Shown here: positions 54,236-63,397 of the stretch, piece by piece
Layout: every line of letters starts with the position of its first letter
Numbering within the stretch: position 1 is the stretch's first letter
NCBI GenBank assembly: GCA_964342815.1
Contig: CAYFHS010000003.1
Coordinates: forward strand, 32,001-96,000
DNA from: an uncultured archaeon
GTDB lineage: Archaea; Thermoplasmatota; Penumbrarchaeia; JASLWR01
DNA length: 64,000 bases
Direction: 5' to 3'
Notes under the pieces: model-generated
What the model was told of the DNA's origin: nothing
Database searches by the model: none
The model's input: the letters and a program-made list of their open reading frames with translations, nothing else
Made by a program: the position numbers and the translations under genes

Positions 54236-57200
54236 TTATTCCGAGAGGTATCCTTTTTCATGGCATACCGGGCATTCTATTATAACTGGTCTCGTGCTGT
54301 CCGTGACCTCATAACCGGTCCCACATGCGTGACATTGTACCCGGGTACCGACATCCCCCGAAGCCGACTCTTCTGTGGATGGAGCTGAGGCATCCGGTAA
54401 TGGAGAATCAGGAGGTGCCGGTGGGGATGAAGGAGGAATGGATGGCAATGGAGAATCGAGAGGCGCCTGAGTTGGTGAAGACAATACCTCCGGGCTTGGT
54501 GATGCAGGGGGTGTTTCTGGTGGGATACCTGAAATTACTTCCGGAGAGGACATTTCTAACGGCGAAACCAGATCGCCGCCCTGAGATGATGGCGCTGGCA
54601 GAGGGGGCTCCCCAGGTATGTCGAACAAGGCATTCAGCGGAGAATCGGGGATTTCAGAGGAGAGAGGATTTAGGGGACCCGGTACGGGTGCCATGGGCAA
54701 CATCGGATCGTTCACGGTATCCGGAAACGGAACCTTGTCCTCCGATGCCGGCGGAAGAGCCAAATGGTTCATGTCCTGCATGCCCTGATCGGTTGAAAAG
54801 GAAGGAAGAAGATACCCCGGCTCATTTGGAGTATATGCGGCTTGTGAGGTGGCAGGCAAAGGGGGAAATGACGGGGCTGAAGGTTGTTGGTTCCAAGGTC
54901 CGCTGGGACCTGATTGAGGTGTGGTTCCGGGAACTATACCGGCGGAAGCCATTGAAGCAGGATACTGCCCGTATGGGGGACTGCGTCCACCGTAAATCCC
55001 TCCGTAACCTGCTGTATCTATCCGGTCGTATCCGCCAGGCGCAGCATTCAAATTCTGGCCCTGAGAGTAAGGGTGAAAGGGTGCTGGAGGAGGCACCTGA
55101 GCCGCTTTTTTCTGTTCCTTTTCCTTTCCTTTTTTCCTGATGGCGACCAGGACTACGACAATTAATAAAATCAATACGATAACTCCAATTATCACAAACA
55201 GCCACCAGTATTGCGCTAGCAAACTATCTTCAGCAACAGAACTAGCCTTCCTATCACTCACCTGCTGATGGTAATCGCCCACCATTTCAGGCGTGGCATC
55301 ACTGGCGTCATTCGGGTCGAGACCGTTTATGGTTTCCCACCAGTCGGGCAGCTCATCCCCATCGCTGTCAGTGGTATCGTCCCATCGCTCTTCGGCTTCT
55401 TTCGCTGTAGGTTTAGCTTTAATCTCAATATCCAGCTTCAGGCTTTCGTTAAAACCATGACCGTCATCCACATAGAGATAAACCTGATATTTTCCCGGCT
55501 GGTCGATGGTCGCCTGGGTACTCATCCCGCTGCCCGTGAAAACTGTCTTTTTGCTGGTCTTGCCCTTTATCTCCCAGTAGTAGCTCAGCTCATCGCCCTC
55601 AAGGTCCTCGGTCCCGGTAGCGTTCAGATGAATTGAGGAGCCTTGTTCGAACATTGAATCATCGGCGGGCCTTTCTATAACCGGAACCGGAGGAGAGTTT
55701 ATTCTTATCTTCGCCGGTTCTGAAAAGGTATAGTCATTACCAACTGCATCCTTGGCACGCCATTTGATATAATTATCACTGCCAGCTTCAAAGCGTACGT
55801 TGATCATCACTTCAATAAGCTCGTTCACCATCGTGTTACCAATAGAAGTCCAGTTGACGAAATATTTGTCCTCGCCACCCCAAGTCGATACTGAGTGCTC
55901 AATGGATTTCCCATCCACTCCACTGCCTTCGATGTCCAAGAAGGTTATCCCGCAAAGAATGCCTCCATCCGCCGCCTCGTCTACCGGGAACAGCTCGTCC
56001 TCTCCGGGGATGATATCTCTGGCTGTAACAGGTGTCTGATCCACTCTGATCGACCGTTTTTCGCTTACTGCAGGTCCGTTTCCCGCAAGATCATTAACAC
56101 GCCATTTCACGGCATTCCCACTACCCTCGTTCACCAGTAGATCCGTCCAGGCACGTACCTTTAGGGCATTATCGTCCGAGTCGGTTTCCAGAACCTCGAA
56201 TTTCATATCATTATCCGTCCACGGGGCAAAGGTGCTTTCGCCGTCTTTCCGCGCCGAGTAAGCGATTGTGCCTATATCCAGACCGTATATATCCTCGCAT
56301 ACGAAACTGGAACCAACCTTCGTCACGTTGAACCATTGATCCGCACCGGGAGAAAGGTCCGAAATAAACGGGTCCGCCGAATCTATATTAAAGAGAAAAT
56401 GAGTTGCGTTGCCCCATTGGTCATATATATCACAGGAAGTGATGTGAAAATACCAAGTGCCATCCGTCAAACCCGCAAACTCACCTGGATATGTTCCGGT
56501 CAGATCGCTGTTTTGGGTGTAAAGGACCTTCGTGGGTTCTGTGAGAGGCGAACTGTCCACCAAGTAGGAATATCCCTTTATTCCGGATATCTCAAACGGC
56601 AGTTCCCAGTTAAAAACGGGCAGCGTACTGTTGTAGTACCTAAGAGGATCGGGGTGTGTCGGGGAGCTAAGGACAATATCTCCCGGTGCCTTGAAGTCTA
56701 GATATATCGAATCGTTATACACATCCGAAATTATTCCCGCATGATCCTTGAACCTAACACCAATGGTCTTTAGACCGTCAAGAGGAGTAAGAGCAATCCG
56801 TTTTCCTGTCTTGTATTCTTCCCAGGGTCCCTCATCTCCCCTATCACTGATTATCTGCATATCGACAACCCCGCTCCCGTTATCCGTGGCATTTATTGAA
56901 AGGTCCACTAGCTTTTCATTTACGGAAAGCACATCCTCTTCTATGGTGATATTACCCACCGGTTTGGTCACGTCGATCATGAACTTTTTCATTACTGAAT
57001 AATTGCTCGCTGCATGGTAGCTGTCCTTGGTGCGCACCCTCCAGTAATAAATTCCATCGCTCAGGGGTTCCTCAATTGTATGTTCGCTAAAAGTAGAGTT
57101 TACGAAGGAAGTGTTATACCGAAGATTTTCGAGGTTCTCATTGTCGTAGATCTCCACCAGATAATCCGATTGTTGATCCCCTTTATCAGGATCGGTAAAG

Positions 57201-58582
57201 TTCCATCTCAGGATCGGCGTACTATTTCCCTGCCATTTACCGGAAGCAGGGGCGTATGGAACGGGATCCGCAATCAGGTCGTATTCGATAATAACCTTGT
57301 CGATATATGGGCTCGTTTCATTGTCATTGGTGGTAAGGGTAGCATTCCAGATCAAGCACGAGCCGCGATTCTTGAAAACGTGATTGGTCCCGTTCTCCAT
57401 GGTCACCCAATTTTTACCATCCACGGTCATATTATACACAATGTCAGTTCCTTGGGGTTTGTGTTCGAACCATGTGATCCTTGCTGCGCCTATGGTGGGT
57501 AATTTCTGGTAAAGCGGTTTCGACTGGAGAAATGATACATAATCAAGGCCGCCGGTACCGCCGAAGTTATAAGCAAGGTTATCGATGGTCCATGTGGTGT
57601 CCGGGTTATTCCCCGCATTCCCGTTTGTCATGATGAGGCTGTTCCCGAAATAATCGTAGTTGAAGCAGGTCAGATAATCGAAACCGTTCATGCAGACATC
57701 GTTGTAATTCTGCACATTTCCGGAGTCTCCATCCAGGCGATGGTTCATATTCCCTGCGGAGTAACCCACCGGATAGAAATAATGTCCCGCCGAAAAACAG
57801 GTCCCCATACTTCTCTGCTGTTCTGGTATGTTCACAGATCGAAGGAGGTTCTCGTTCATATCATAAACCCTCACGGTGTTACCACTGTAAGTGTAGATAT
57901 ACTCTCCATCGGTTGTAAGACCGCACTGGTTACCGCCACCCCAACGCCATGAAGTGGAACCGGCAGCGCTCATTGAGCAAGGAACCTTAGATTTATCCGA
58001 AAGGCGGAGCTTGTCAACAGTATTGGAATTGGAAAAGTACAGGTGGCCGTTCGCATAAATCATCTGGTAATAGCTGTGGGGATTGAAAGGCAGGTTGAAA
58101 CTATCGATGGTATTTCCATTGTTCATGAAGGAATTCAGGGATGCGTAGACGCTAATTTGATTGGATCCTCGCGAGGACCGTACGTAGAATTTCCCATCTT
58201 GACCAACCGCCCTGCCCGTGAACCTGGTAAACCGCCGGGTCCGGTCGGCATTGGAAACGTCCCTGATGTCAGAGCGAGGATTCGAACCTGAGCCAGGTAG
58301 ATAAGCCCTCCCCGTATATGTGTTCACGATGGAAGTAGTATTGGAAACGTCGATGCTGGTGAAGTTGTTAAAATCTTCAATGATCACACTTCCGTATCGG
58401 TTTTTTTCAAAGTCCTTCAAGGGTTCTTTGTTTACCGTTACCGCTGTCGATCCGTTCCCTTTGATGGATGCAGTTTCTTCCATGGAAAGGAAAAAGTTGT
58501 TTGAAAAAAACAGAAGCGCAACTGCAAGTCCAATAACTGAAAGCTTGATTCGGTTACCTTTCGAAGAGTTTATTCCGAACAT
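54236..58582 (-). CDS. large single-pass cell-surface protein: signal peptide, olfactomedin-like propeller, Ig/FN3/PKD-like domains, TSP3-like motif, TM, Pro-rich tail, C-terminal zinc ribbon
   Basis: Hydrophobic N-terminus. P.LRWNF.DPD..D.Q..Y and DG.YYWRVR FN3-like unit. DPEGD-like PKD unit. DSDGDELPDWWE. TM WWLFVIIGVIVLILLIVVVLVAI followed by RKKGKEK. Ends CHAC-x16-CPVC. Confidence 0.9.
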   Translation of the reverse strand: MFGINSSKGNRIKLSVIGLAVALLFFSNNFFLSMEETASIKGNGSTAVTVNKEPLKDFEKNRYGSVIIEDFNNFTSIDVSNTTSIVNTYTGRAYLPGSGSNPRSDIRDVSNADRTRRFTRFTGRAVGQDGKFYVRSSRGSNQISVYASLNSFMNNGNTIDSFNLPFNPHSYYQMIYANGHLYFSNSNTVDKLRLSDKSKVPCSMSAAGSTSWRWGGGNQCGLTTDGEYIYTYSGNTVRVYDMNENLLRSVNIPEQQRSMGTCFSAGHYFYPVGYSAGNMNHRLDGDSGNVQNYNDVCMNGFDYLTCFNYDYFGNSLIMTNGNAGNNPDTTWTIDNLAYNFGGTGGLDYVSFLQSKPLYQKLPTIGAARITWFEHKPQGTDIVYNMTVDGKNWVTMENGTNHVFKNRGSCLIWNATLTTNDNETSPYIDKVIIEYDLIADPVPYAPASGKWQGNSTPILRWNFTDPDKGDQQSDYLVEIYDNENLENLRYNTSFVNSTFSEHTIEEPLSDGIYYWRVRTKDSYHAASNYSVMKKFMIDVTKPVGNITIEEDVLSVNEKLVDLSINATDNGSGVVDMQIISDRGDEGPWEEYKTGKRIALTPLDGLKTIGVRFKDHAGIISDVYNDSIYLDFKAPGDIVLSSPTHPDPLRYYNSTLPVFNWELPFEISGIKGYSYLVDSSPLTEPTKVLYTQNSDLTGTYPGEFAGLTDGTWYFHITSCDIYDQWGNATHFLFNIDSADPFISDLSPGADQWFNVTKVGSSFVCEDIYGLDIGTIAYSARKDGESTFAPWTDNDMKFEVLETDSDDNALKVRAWTDLLVNEGSGNAVKWRVNDLAGNGPAVSEKRSIRVDQTPVTARDIIPGEDELFPVDEAADGGILCGITFLDIEGSGVDGKSIEHSVSTWGGEDKYFVNWTSIGNTMVNELIEVMINVRFEAGSDNYIKWRAKDAVGNDYTFSEPAKIRINSPPVPVIERPADDSMFEQGSSIHLNATGTEDLEGDELSYYWEIKGKTSKKTVFTGSGMSTQATIDQPGKYQVYLYVDDGHGFNESLKLDIEIKAKPTAKEAEERWDDTTDSDGDELPDWWETINGLDPNDASDATPEMVGDYHQQVSDRKASSVAEDSLLAQYWWLFVIIGVIVLILLIVVVLVAIRKKGKEKEQKKAAQVPPPAPFHPYSQGQNLNAAPGGYDRIDTAGYGGIYGGRSPPYGQYPASMASAGIVPGTTPQSGPSGPWNQQPSAPSFPPLPATSQAAYTPNEPGYLLPSFSTDQGMQDMNHLALPPASEDKVPFPDTVNDPMLPMAPVPGPLNPLSSEIPDSPLNALFDIPGEPPLPAPSSQGGDLVSPLEMSSPEVISGIPPETPPASPSPEVLSSPTQAPLDSPLPSIPPSSPPAPPDSPLPDASAPSTEESASGDVGTRVQCHACGTGYEVTDSTRPVIIECPVCHEKGYLSE

Positions 58583-58790
58583 TGATACCGCCTGATAGAT
58601 TTAGATTATAGTTGTTGTAACTTATTATATTTTATTCAATGATTTTATAGAAAAAAACGAAAGGATCGTTAATAATTTGCATATTAGCTTCATCCCATCT
58701 TTGATTATTGTTCGGAAAGCTATTTATCTGAATTTAGTAATAGTAATCCGTTCAAGCATCAATCCAATAATAAGTGTCGAGGCTTAAAGA

Positions 58791-60401
58791 ATGAAGTACG
58801 CCAAGCTATGGAAGACGATGACGATAATTATTTTGCTGGGTTTGCTGCTGATAGTTGGAGGATTCTTCACCAGTGGAATGACTCGCCTAGAGCTGATCGG
58901 TGCGGGAGCAGCATGCATAATTGGGGTCTTGGTGCGACGGACATGGATAAGTTGTGTGATTGGTCTTTTTGCCGGGGGGGTCATTGGATACTTTTTCGAA
59001 GTTACGGACAACAAATCCATTGGAATAGTCATAATGTGTATATCGGTAGGTGTAACGGCGGGAGCGGTCGGAGCAATTATTGGGTATTGGGCCAATAAGA
59101 TAAAGAGCAAAACGGAAAAATCACTTGTGAACTTGCAAAAGGACATTGAGCAAACCCGAAAAGAAGCTCTAAGAAAGATCGAAATTGTTGAAAATACCAT
59201 AAAAAGAACCGGCCCATACCATCGGGATAGCGGGCATTATAATACGGAGATCCGTTATGTACAGGATCAGGTTAAAAACATTCGTTACTACTCCGGAAAC
59301 GCCCGATCCATAGAAGATGCAAACTTTCAATACAGTGAAATAATCAGCTACCTTGACCGGATCATGGAAAAGATCGACCCTTACAGCACCTCTACGGCCT
59401 GGGCCATAGATGAAAAAAAGTATGAGAATCCGTACGGGGAAAACGTTGATAGAAAAAAGGATAAGAGTGAGGAAAACACAGATAAAAAAGAAAAAAAGCC
59501 GAAAGAATTGATTCTTATCAGACCATCGAAAGGCTACATTCCTTCGCTGCGATCCCCAAAGGGCGAAGCCGTGAAACCACGGATATCCCGGGCCCTGCCT
59601 AATTACAGCATAAAAAAGCAAATCGACTCGAACGATTTTGCAGATATTTTCTCGGGAGAATCGGAAGATGGCAAGGATGTAATTATAAAAATCCCCCGAA
59701 TAGAACGGAAGAAAAGCGGAAATATAGGCATAATGGCAGAGTTTTTATCCTATGCAGATCAATGGGACCACCTTAAAGATGATAAAATCGTAAAGATATA
59801 CGGAAGAGATGTGCGTCCGGCGTTCCATATTGTCATGGAAAGAATGGAGGGGGGGGACTTAAAAGCGCTTATGAAAATCCATAAACTTTCACTGGAAGAG
59901 ACGGTCCATATCATGCTTAACGTACTAAAAGGAGTGTGCTCGGCTCACGAGAAGGGCGCGGTACACGGCAATCTGAAACCTACTAATATCCTTTTCCGAA
60001 AAAACGGTGATTTAAAGATAGGGGACTGGGGTTGGGAAGAATTCCAGAAAACGACGAATCCTGGTAGGTTCTGCGCGGATAAATGCATACAGGGATACTG
60101 CGCCCCCGAACATTTGGAACCCAAAGAATTCGGCAAGGTAGATGAGGCTACTGACCAGTTCCAGCTGGGAATTATATTTTACGAAATGCTAACGGGTATT
60201 AAGCCGTTCGTTGATGAGGATAAAGAGCGTACTGCTCATAACATTATTGAGCAAGAAATCGACCCACCCAGCTATTTGAACCATTCAGTACCGGATGAGC
60301 TTGACGAGTTAATATTGAAGGCAGTGGAAAAAAGAAAAGAAACAAGGTGGGGAAGCACGAAGCTTATGTACGATGAACTGAATAAACTCGTGGAGAGCTG
60401 A
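58791..60401 (+). CDS. membrane-anchored Hanks-type Ser/Thr kinase-like protein, probably a pseudokinase
   Basis: About 4 N-terminal TM segments. Kinase motifs VIIK, MERMEGGDL, HGNLKPTNIL, DWG, APE and DQFQLGIIFYEMLTG. Confidence 0.85.
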   Translation: MKYAKLWKTMTIIILLGLLLIVGGFFTSGMTRLELIGAGAACIIGVLVRRTWISCVIGLFAGGVIGYFFEVTDNKSIGIVIMCISVGVTAGAVGAIIGYWANKIKSKTEKSLVNLQKDIEQTRKEALRKIEIVENTIKRTGPYHRDSGHYNTEIRYVQDQVKNIRYYSGNARSIEDANFQYSEIISYLDRIMEKIDPYSTSTAWAIDEKKYENPYGENVDRKKDKSEENTDKKEKKPKELILIRPSKGYIPSLRSPKGEAVKPRISRALPNYSIKKQIDSNDFADIFSGESEDGKDVIIKIPRIERKKSGNIGIMAEFLSYADQWDHLKDDKIVKIYGRDVRPAFHIVMERMEGGDLKALMKIHKLSLEETVHIMLNVLKGVCSAHEKGAVHGNLKPTNILFRKNGDLKIGDWGWEEFQKTTNPGRFCADKCIQGYCAPEHLEPKEFGKVDEATDQFQLGIIFYEMLTGIKPFVDEDKERTAHNIIEQEIDPPSYLNHSVPDELDELILKAVEKRKETRWGSTKLMYDELNKLVES

Positions 60402-60506
60402 CAGGTCACTTTTAAGAATTCGATTCATTTGTGAGAAAAGCTCTTCGACGAAACGCAGGAAAAAAAGCGTGGTTTAAAATCATTATGTTTCGACAGGTGA
60501 TACTGG

Positions 60507-63317
60507 TTGAGCATTAAACTATCCGGCAAGGAGAAGATCCTGCTGTGGCTTTTGAGGTTCGTCCCGAGGAAGGGAGATTACATTCAACCCCTGGAAGTAT
60601 CGCAAAAGGGAATCTCCAAGGGTCTAAACATTCTACAGACCAACGTTTCCAGAGAGCTGTCGTCACTGCGGAAGGAAGGATTAATAGATCGGGAATCGAC
60701 CCATTTCCGGGGGACAAAACGGAAAATGACCGCATACTACCTCAGGCCGGATGGCATGAATGTGACAGGGGAGATCACAAAAAAAGTGAACGAGTCAGTG
60801 GTTTCCTTTCGCCTTAAGGGAAAAATTGAGGAAATGCAGGTCTCGAGGATCAGATCGTTACTCAAGGAAAAAGGAGGGAGGCCGTCGGTTTTTGCTGTTG
60901 CAACATGTTTTGAAAATATGGAAACCGTCATTACCCTGCATGAAATGATGGAAAGAATATCCATCATTCAGCGACCCGTCGAACAGACGAGGGAAGTGAG
61001 GAAAGAACACCGCCGCCACCTGGATGGAATTATCGCCGAGGGCGAATTCATCGGTCGAAAGAATGTTACTGATAATATCAAGGAAATATTGGTTAAACCC
61101 GGTTTCCAGGCGATAGGGATCATGGGTGTCGCCGGAATGGGCAAGAGCGCCCTGGGCCGCGAGGTGATAAAATACGCAAAGGGCGATTTCAATATATTCT
61201 ATTATCGTTTTCGCAGGTGGGATCGTTTCGATTCGCTGGGAGTAGAGGTTCTGGGCTATCTTGGAAAAAAGGGTATGCCGGATGGAGACCGCTTGATCCG
61301 ATCGCTAATTGATTTCTGTTCCGGAAACAACTTATTGATGGTACTTGACGATGTACATTTAGTTAAAGATGACATGTATGATTTCCTCGATGATCTTGTC
61401 GTCTACTCGGACAGGCTTTGCGGAATGAAACTCATTTTACTGTCCAGGAAAAAAGGGCAGATGGAGAGATACACTTCCGCCAAACACGGAGGGAAGACCA
61501 CGGAGATAATACTGGAACCTTTTAAAGCTGCGGAGTGCAGTGAACTGGCCTCCCTCGTCGGTTACGGGGAACGAGGAATGGTGGACCGGGAGACCGCAGA
61601 AAAGATACGGGATGCCACCGGGGGTATCCCGCTTCTTGTGGAACTGCTCCACAGGGAGGAGATCGTGACGGGAAAGATCACCACCAAAGGTACTGGGATG
61701 ATAGAAAAAGAGATATTGAAGAACATGGAAGAAAAAAGTGCCGTAATATTGAAGATGTTCTCGCTCTGCACGCTTCCTGTTGAAAAAGACCTAATGAAGA
61801 ACAGCGAGATATACGTGTCTGAGTTGACGGAGCGGCTTCTTCTCGAGAGAACTACCGAAGGACTATATCAGGTGCACGACCATATCAGGGACGTGATCCG
61901 AAAGGAGTTGGGTTTCAGAGAAAGAAAGAAGCTTACCAAGAGCATAATAGAATACCTCAAGGATGTACTGAAAAGGAGTGCGGAGGGAGATTATCTCCCA
62001 ATCCCCATGAGAGAAGACCTTGAGTTATATTTTCTTGAGTACATTCACCATAACATAGAAATTGGCGAGATCGAAAAGGGTCTAAGAGCCATCAACGAAA
62101 TGCCTGATAGGATAACGGATAGTCCGTTCCAAGAGGTTCTCGGGGAATTTCTTCGCCGCATGGAATTAAAATTGGGCGGGAAAAACGCCGTGATCGAGCT
62201 ATTGCGTACCGAGATGGCTCTCGATAGGGACGATATAGAGGGAGCAAGAGAGCATTACAAAACAGCCAGGGAAGTGCATCAATCGGAGCAGAAGAAGAGA
62301 ATTGGGGGGGATAAAGGAATCTTCTTGACCGATGAAGATCTTCAGCAGGTAGCAGTGCGGATGGAGCTTATCGATAAAGGACCGGGTAAACTGAAATCAA
62401 TGTTGGAAAAGGCAGAACATGACGGCAGTCTTGCAGACAAGGTTCGTATCGGCATGGCCATCGCTTCAGAATTTGCTCGTGCAAATGAAAAACGGAAGGC
62501 CGAGAAATGGCTTATGAAGACCGCTGATACGATTGTCGAGCTTCCGGCTGAAAAGAGGGCGGGATTCCATTTCCAGGCAGGCGTCATATACAACAAGTTA
62601 AATGACATGGAGGAAGCAGAGCGCTCCACCAGGGAAGGATTGAAGACGGTATCGGCCGATGACAGCGGCATGCAGGGATCTCTAAACAAACTGCTGGGTC
62701 AGATCCATTTCCGCAAGGGAAACTACGGTAAGGGCGAGGAAAAGTTCAATCGTGCTAAGATGTTTTTCAGACGGACCGATTCGATTTTCCAGCAGGCCGA
62801 TTCTATGCTATGGGAAGTGAAATCCATACTCGCCCGCTCAGGGATTCTCACGAAAGCAATGACCATCTCCTTCCTTGATAGGGAGCGATCTTCCAGAAAG
62901 ACCCGAAGCGCAATTGACGACTGCATCACCCGGATCAGGGAGGCACTTCTGATACTGGGAGGCAGTACAAGGAAGACAGGAGCGCTGTCGAGGTTGCTGG
63001 GAAGGGAGATTTTCGATGAACGTAACGTGTCGCTCTGGCGGCAGCTCCTGGTTTTACGGGGTTCTCTCGAATGGCTCGGGGCTTACACCGAATTCGCTGC
63101 GGAAACAGCTGGCGACATCATCCTACTGGGGAAAAAAACCAGAAAAACGGATATAGTACTGGAAGGGTCGATAATAAAGGCCAGGATACTTTCGCAGATG
63201 AAACGAAAGAAGGAGGCCCGGAGCATACTAGAAGAACTTATGAGCAAGAAAACGATCCCGGACGGTCCCAAAAGAAACGCTTTGAGTTATACGCTGCGTC
63301 TCATTAAGAAAAAGTAA
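60507..63317 (+). CDS. winged-helix / STAND (NB-ARC-like) P-loop NTPase / TPR-like protein
   Basis: AGGTGA Shine-Dalgarno with TTG start. N-terminal HTH (SQKGIS..L.I.QTNVSREL..L..EGLI), Walker A GVAGMGKS, Walker B LMVLDD, GGIPL motif and C-terminal helical repeats. Confidence 0.85.
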   Translation: MSIKLSGKEKILLWLLRFVPRKGDYIQPLEVSQKGISKGLNILQTNVSRELSSLRKEGLIDRESTHFRGTKRKMTAYYLRPDGMNVTGEITKKVNESVVSFRLKGKIEEMQVSRIRSLLKEKGGRPSVFAVATCFENMETVITLHEMMERISIIQRPVEQTREVRKEHRRHLDGIIAEGEFIGRKNVTDNIKEILVKPGFQAIGIMGVAGMGKSALGREVIKYAKGDFNIFYYRFRRWDRFDSLGVEVLGYLGKKGMPDGDRLIRSLIDFCSGNNLLMVLDDVHLVKDDMYDFLDDLVVYSDRLCGMKLILLSRKKGQMERYTSAKHGGKTTEIILEPFKAAECSELASLVGYGERGMVDRETAEKIRDATGGIPLLVELLHREEIVTGKITTKGTGMIEKEILKNMEEKSAVILKMFSLCTLPVEKDLMKNSEIYVSELTERLLLERTTEGLYQVHDHIRDVIRKELGFRERKKLTKSIIEYLKDVLKRSAEGDYLPIPMREDLELYFLEYIHHNIEIGEIEKGLRAINEMPDRITDSPFQEVLGEFLRRMELKLGGKNAVIELLRTEMALDRDDIEGAREHYKTAREVHQSEQKKRIGGDKGIFLTDEDLQQVAVRMELIDKGPGKLKSMLEKAEHDGSLADKVRIGMAIASEFARANEKRKAEKWLMKTADTIVELPAEKRAGFHFQAGVIYNKLNDMEEAERSTREGLKTVSADDSGMQGSLNKLLGQIHFRKGNYGKGEEKFNRAKMFFRRTDSIFQQADSMLWEVKSILARSGILTKAMTISFLDRERSSRKTRSAIDDCITRIREALLILGGSTRKTGALSRLLGREIFDERNVSLWRQLLVLRGSLEWLGAYTEFAAETAGDIILLGKKTRKTDIVLEGSIIKARILSQMKRKKEARSILEELMSKKTIPDGPKRNALSYTLRLIKKK

Positions 63318-63397
63318 TAACAGGCCAATTATCCAGTAGAATCGCCCAAGTCAATGGGAAGGGGAACTTAAAATAAAATAAAGGGAATTACCACCGC

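Noticed and set aside
54325-55140. 271-aa + strand ORF opposite the Pro-rich tail
   Set aside because: The GC-rich low-complexity antisense frame lacks stops by composition, and no motif is present.
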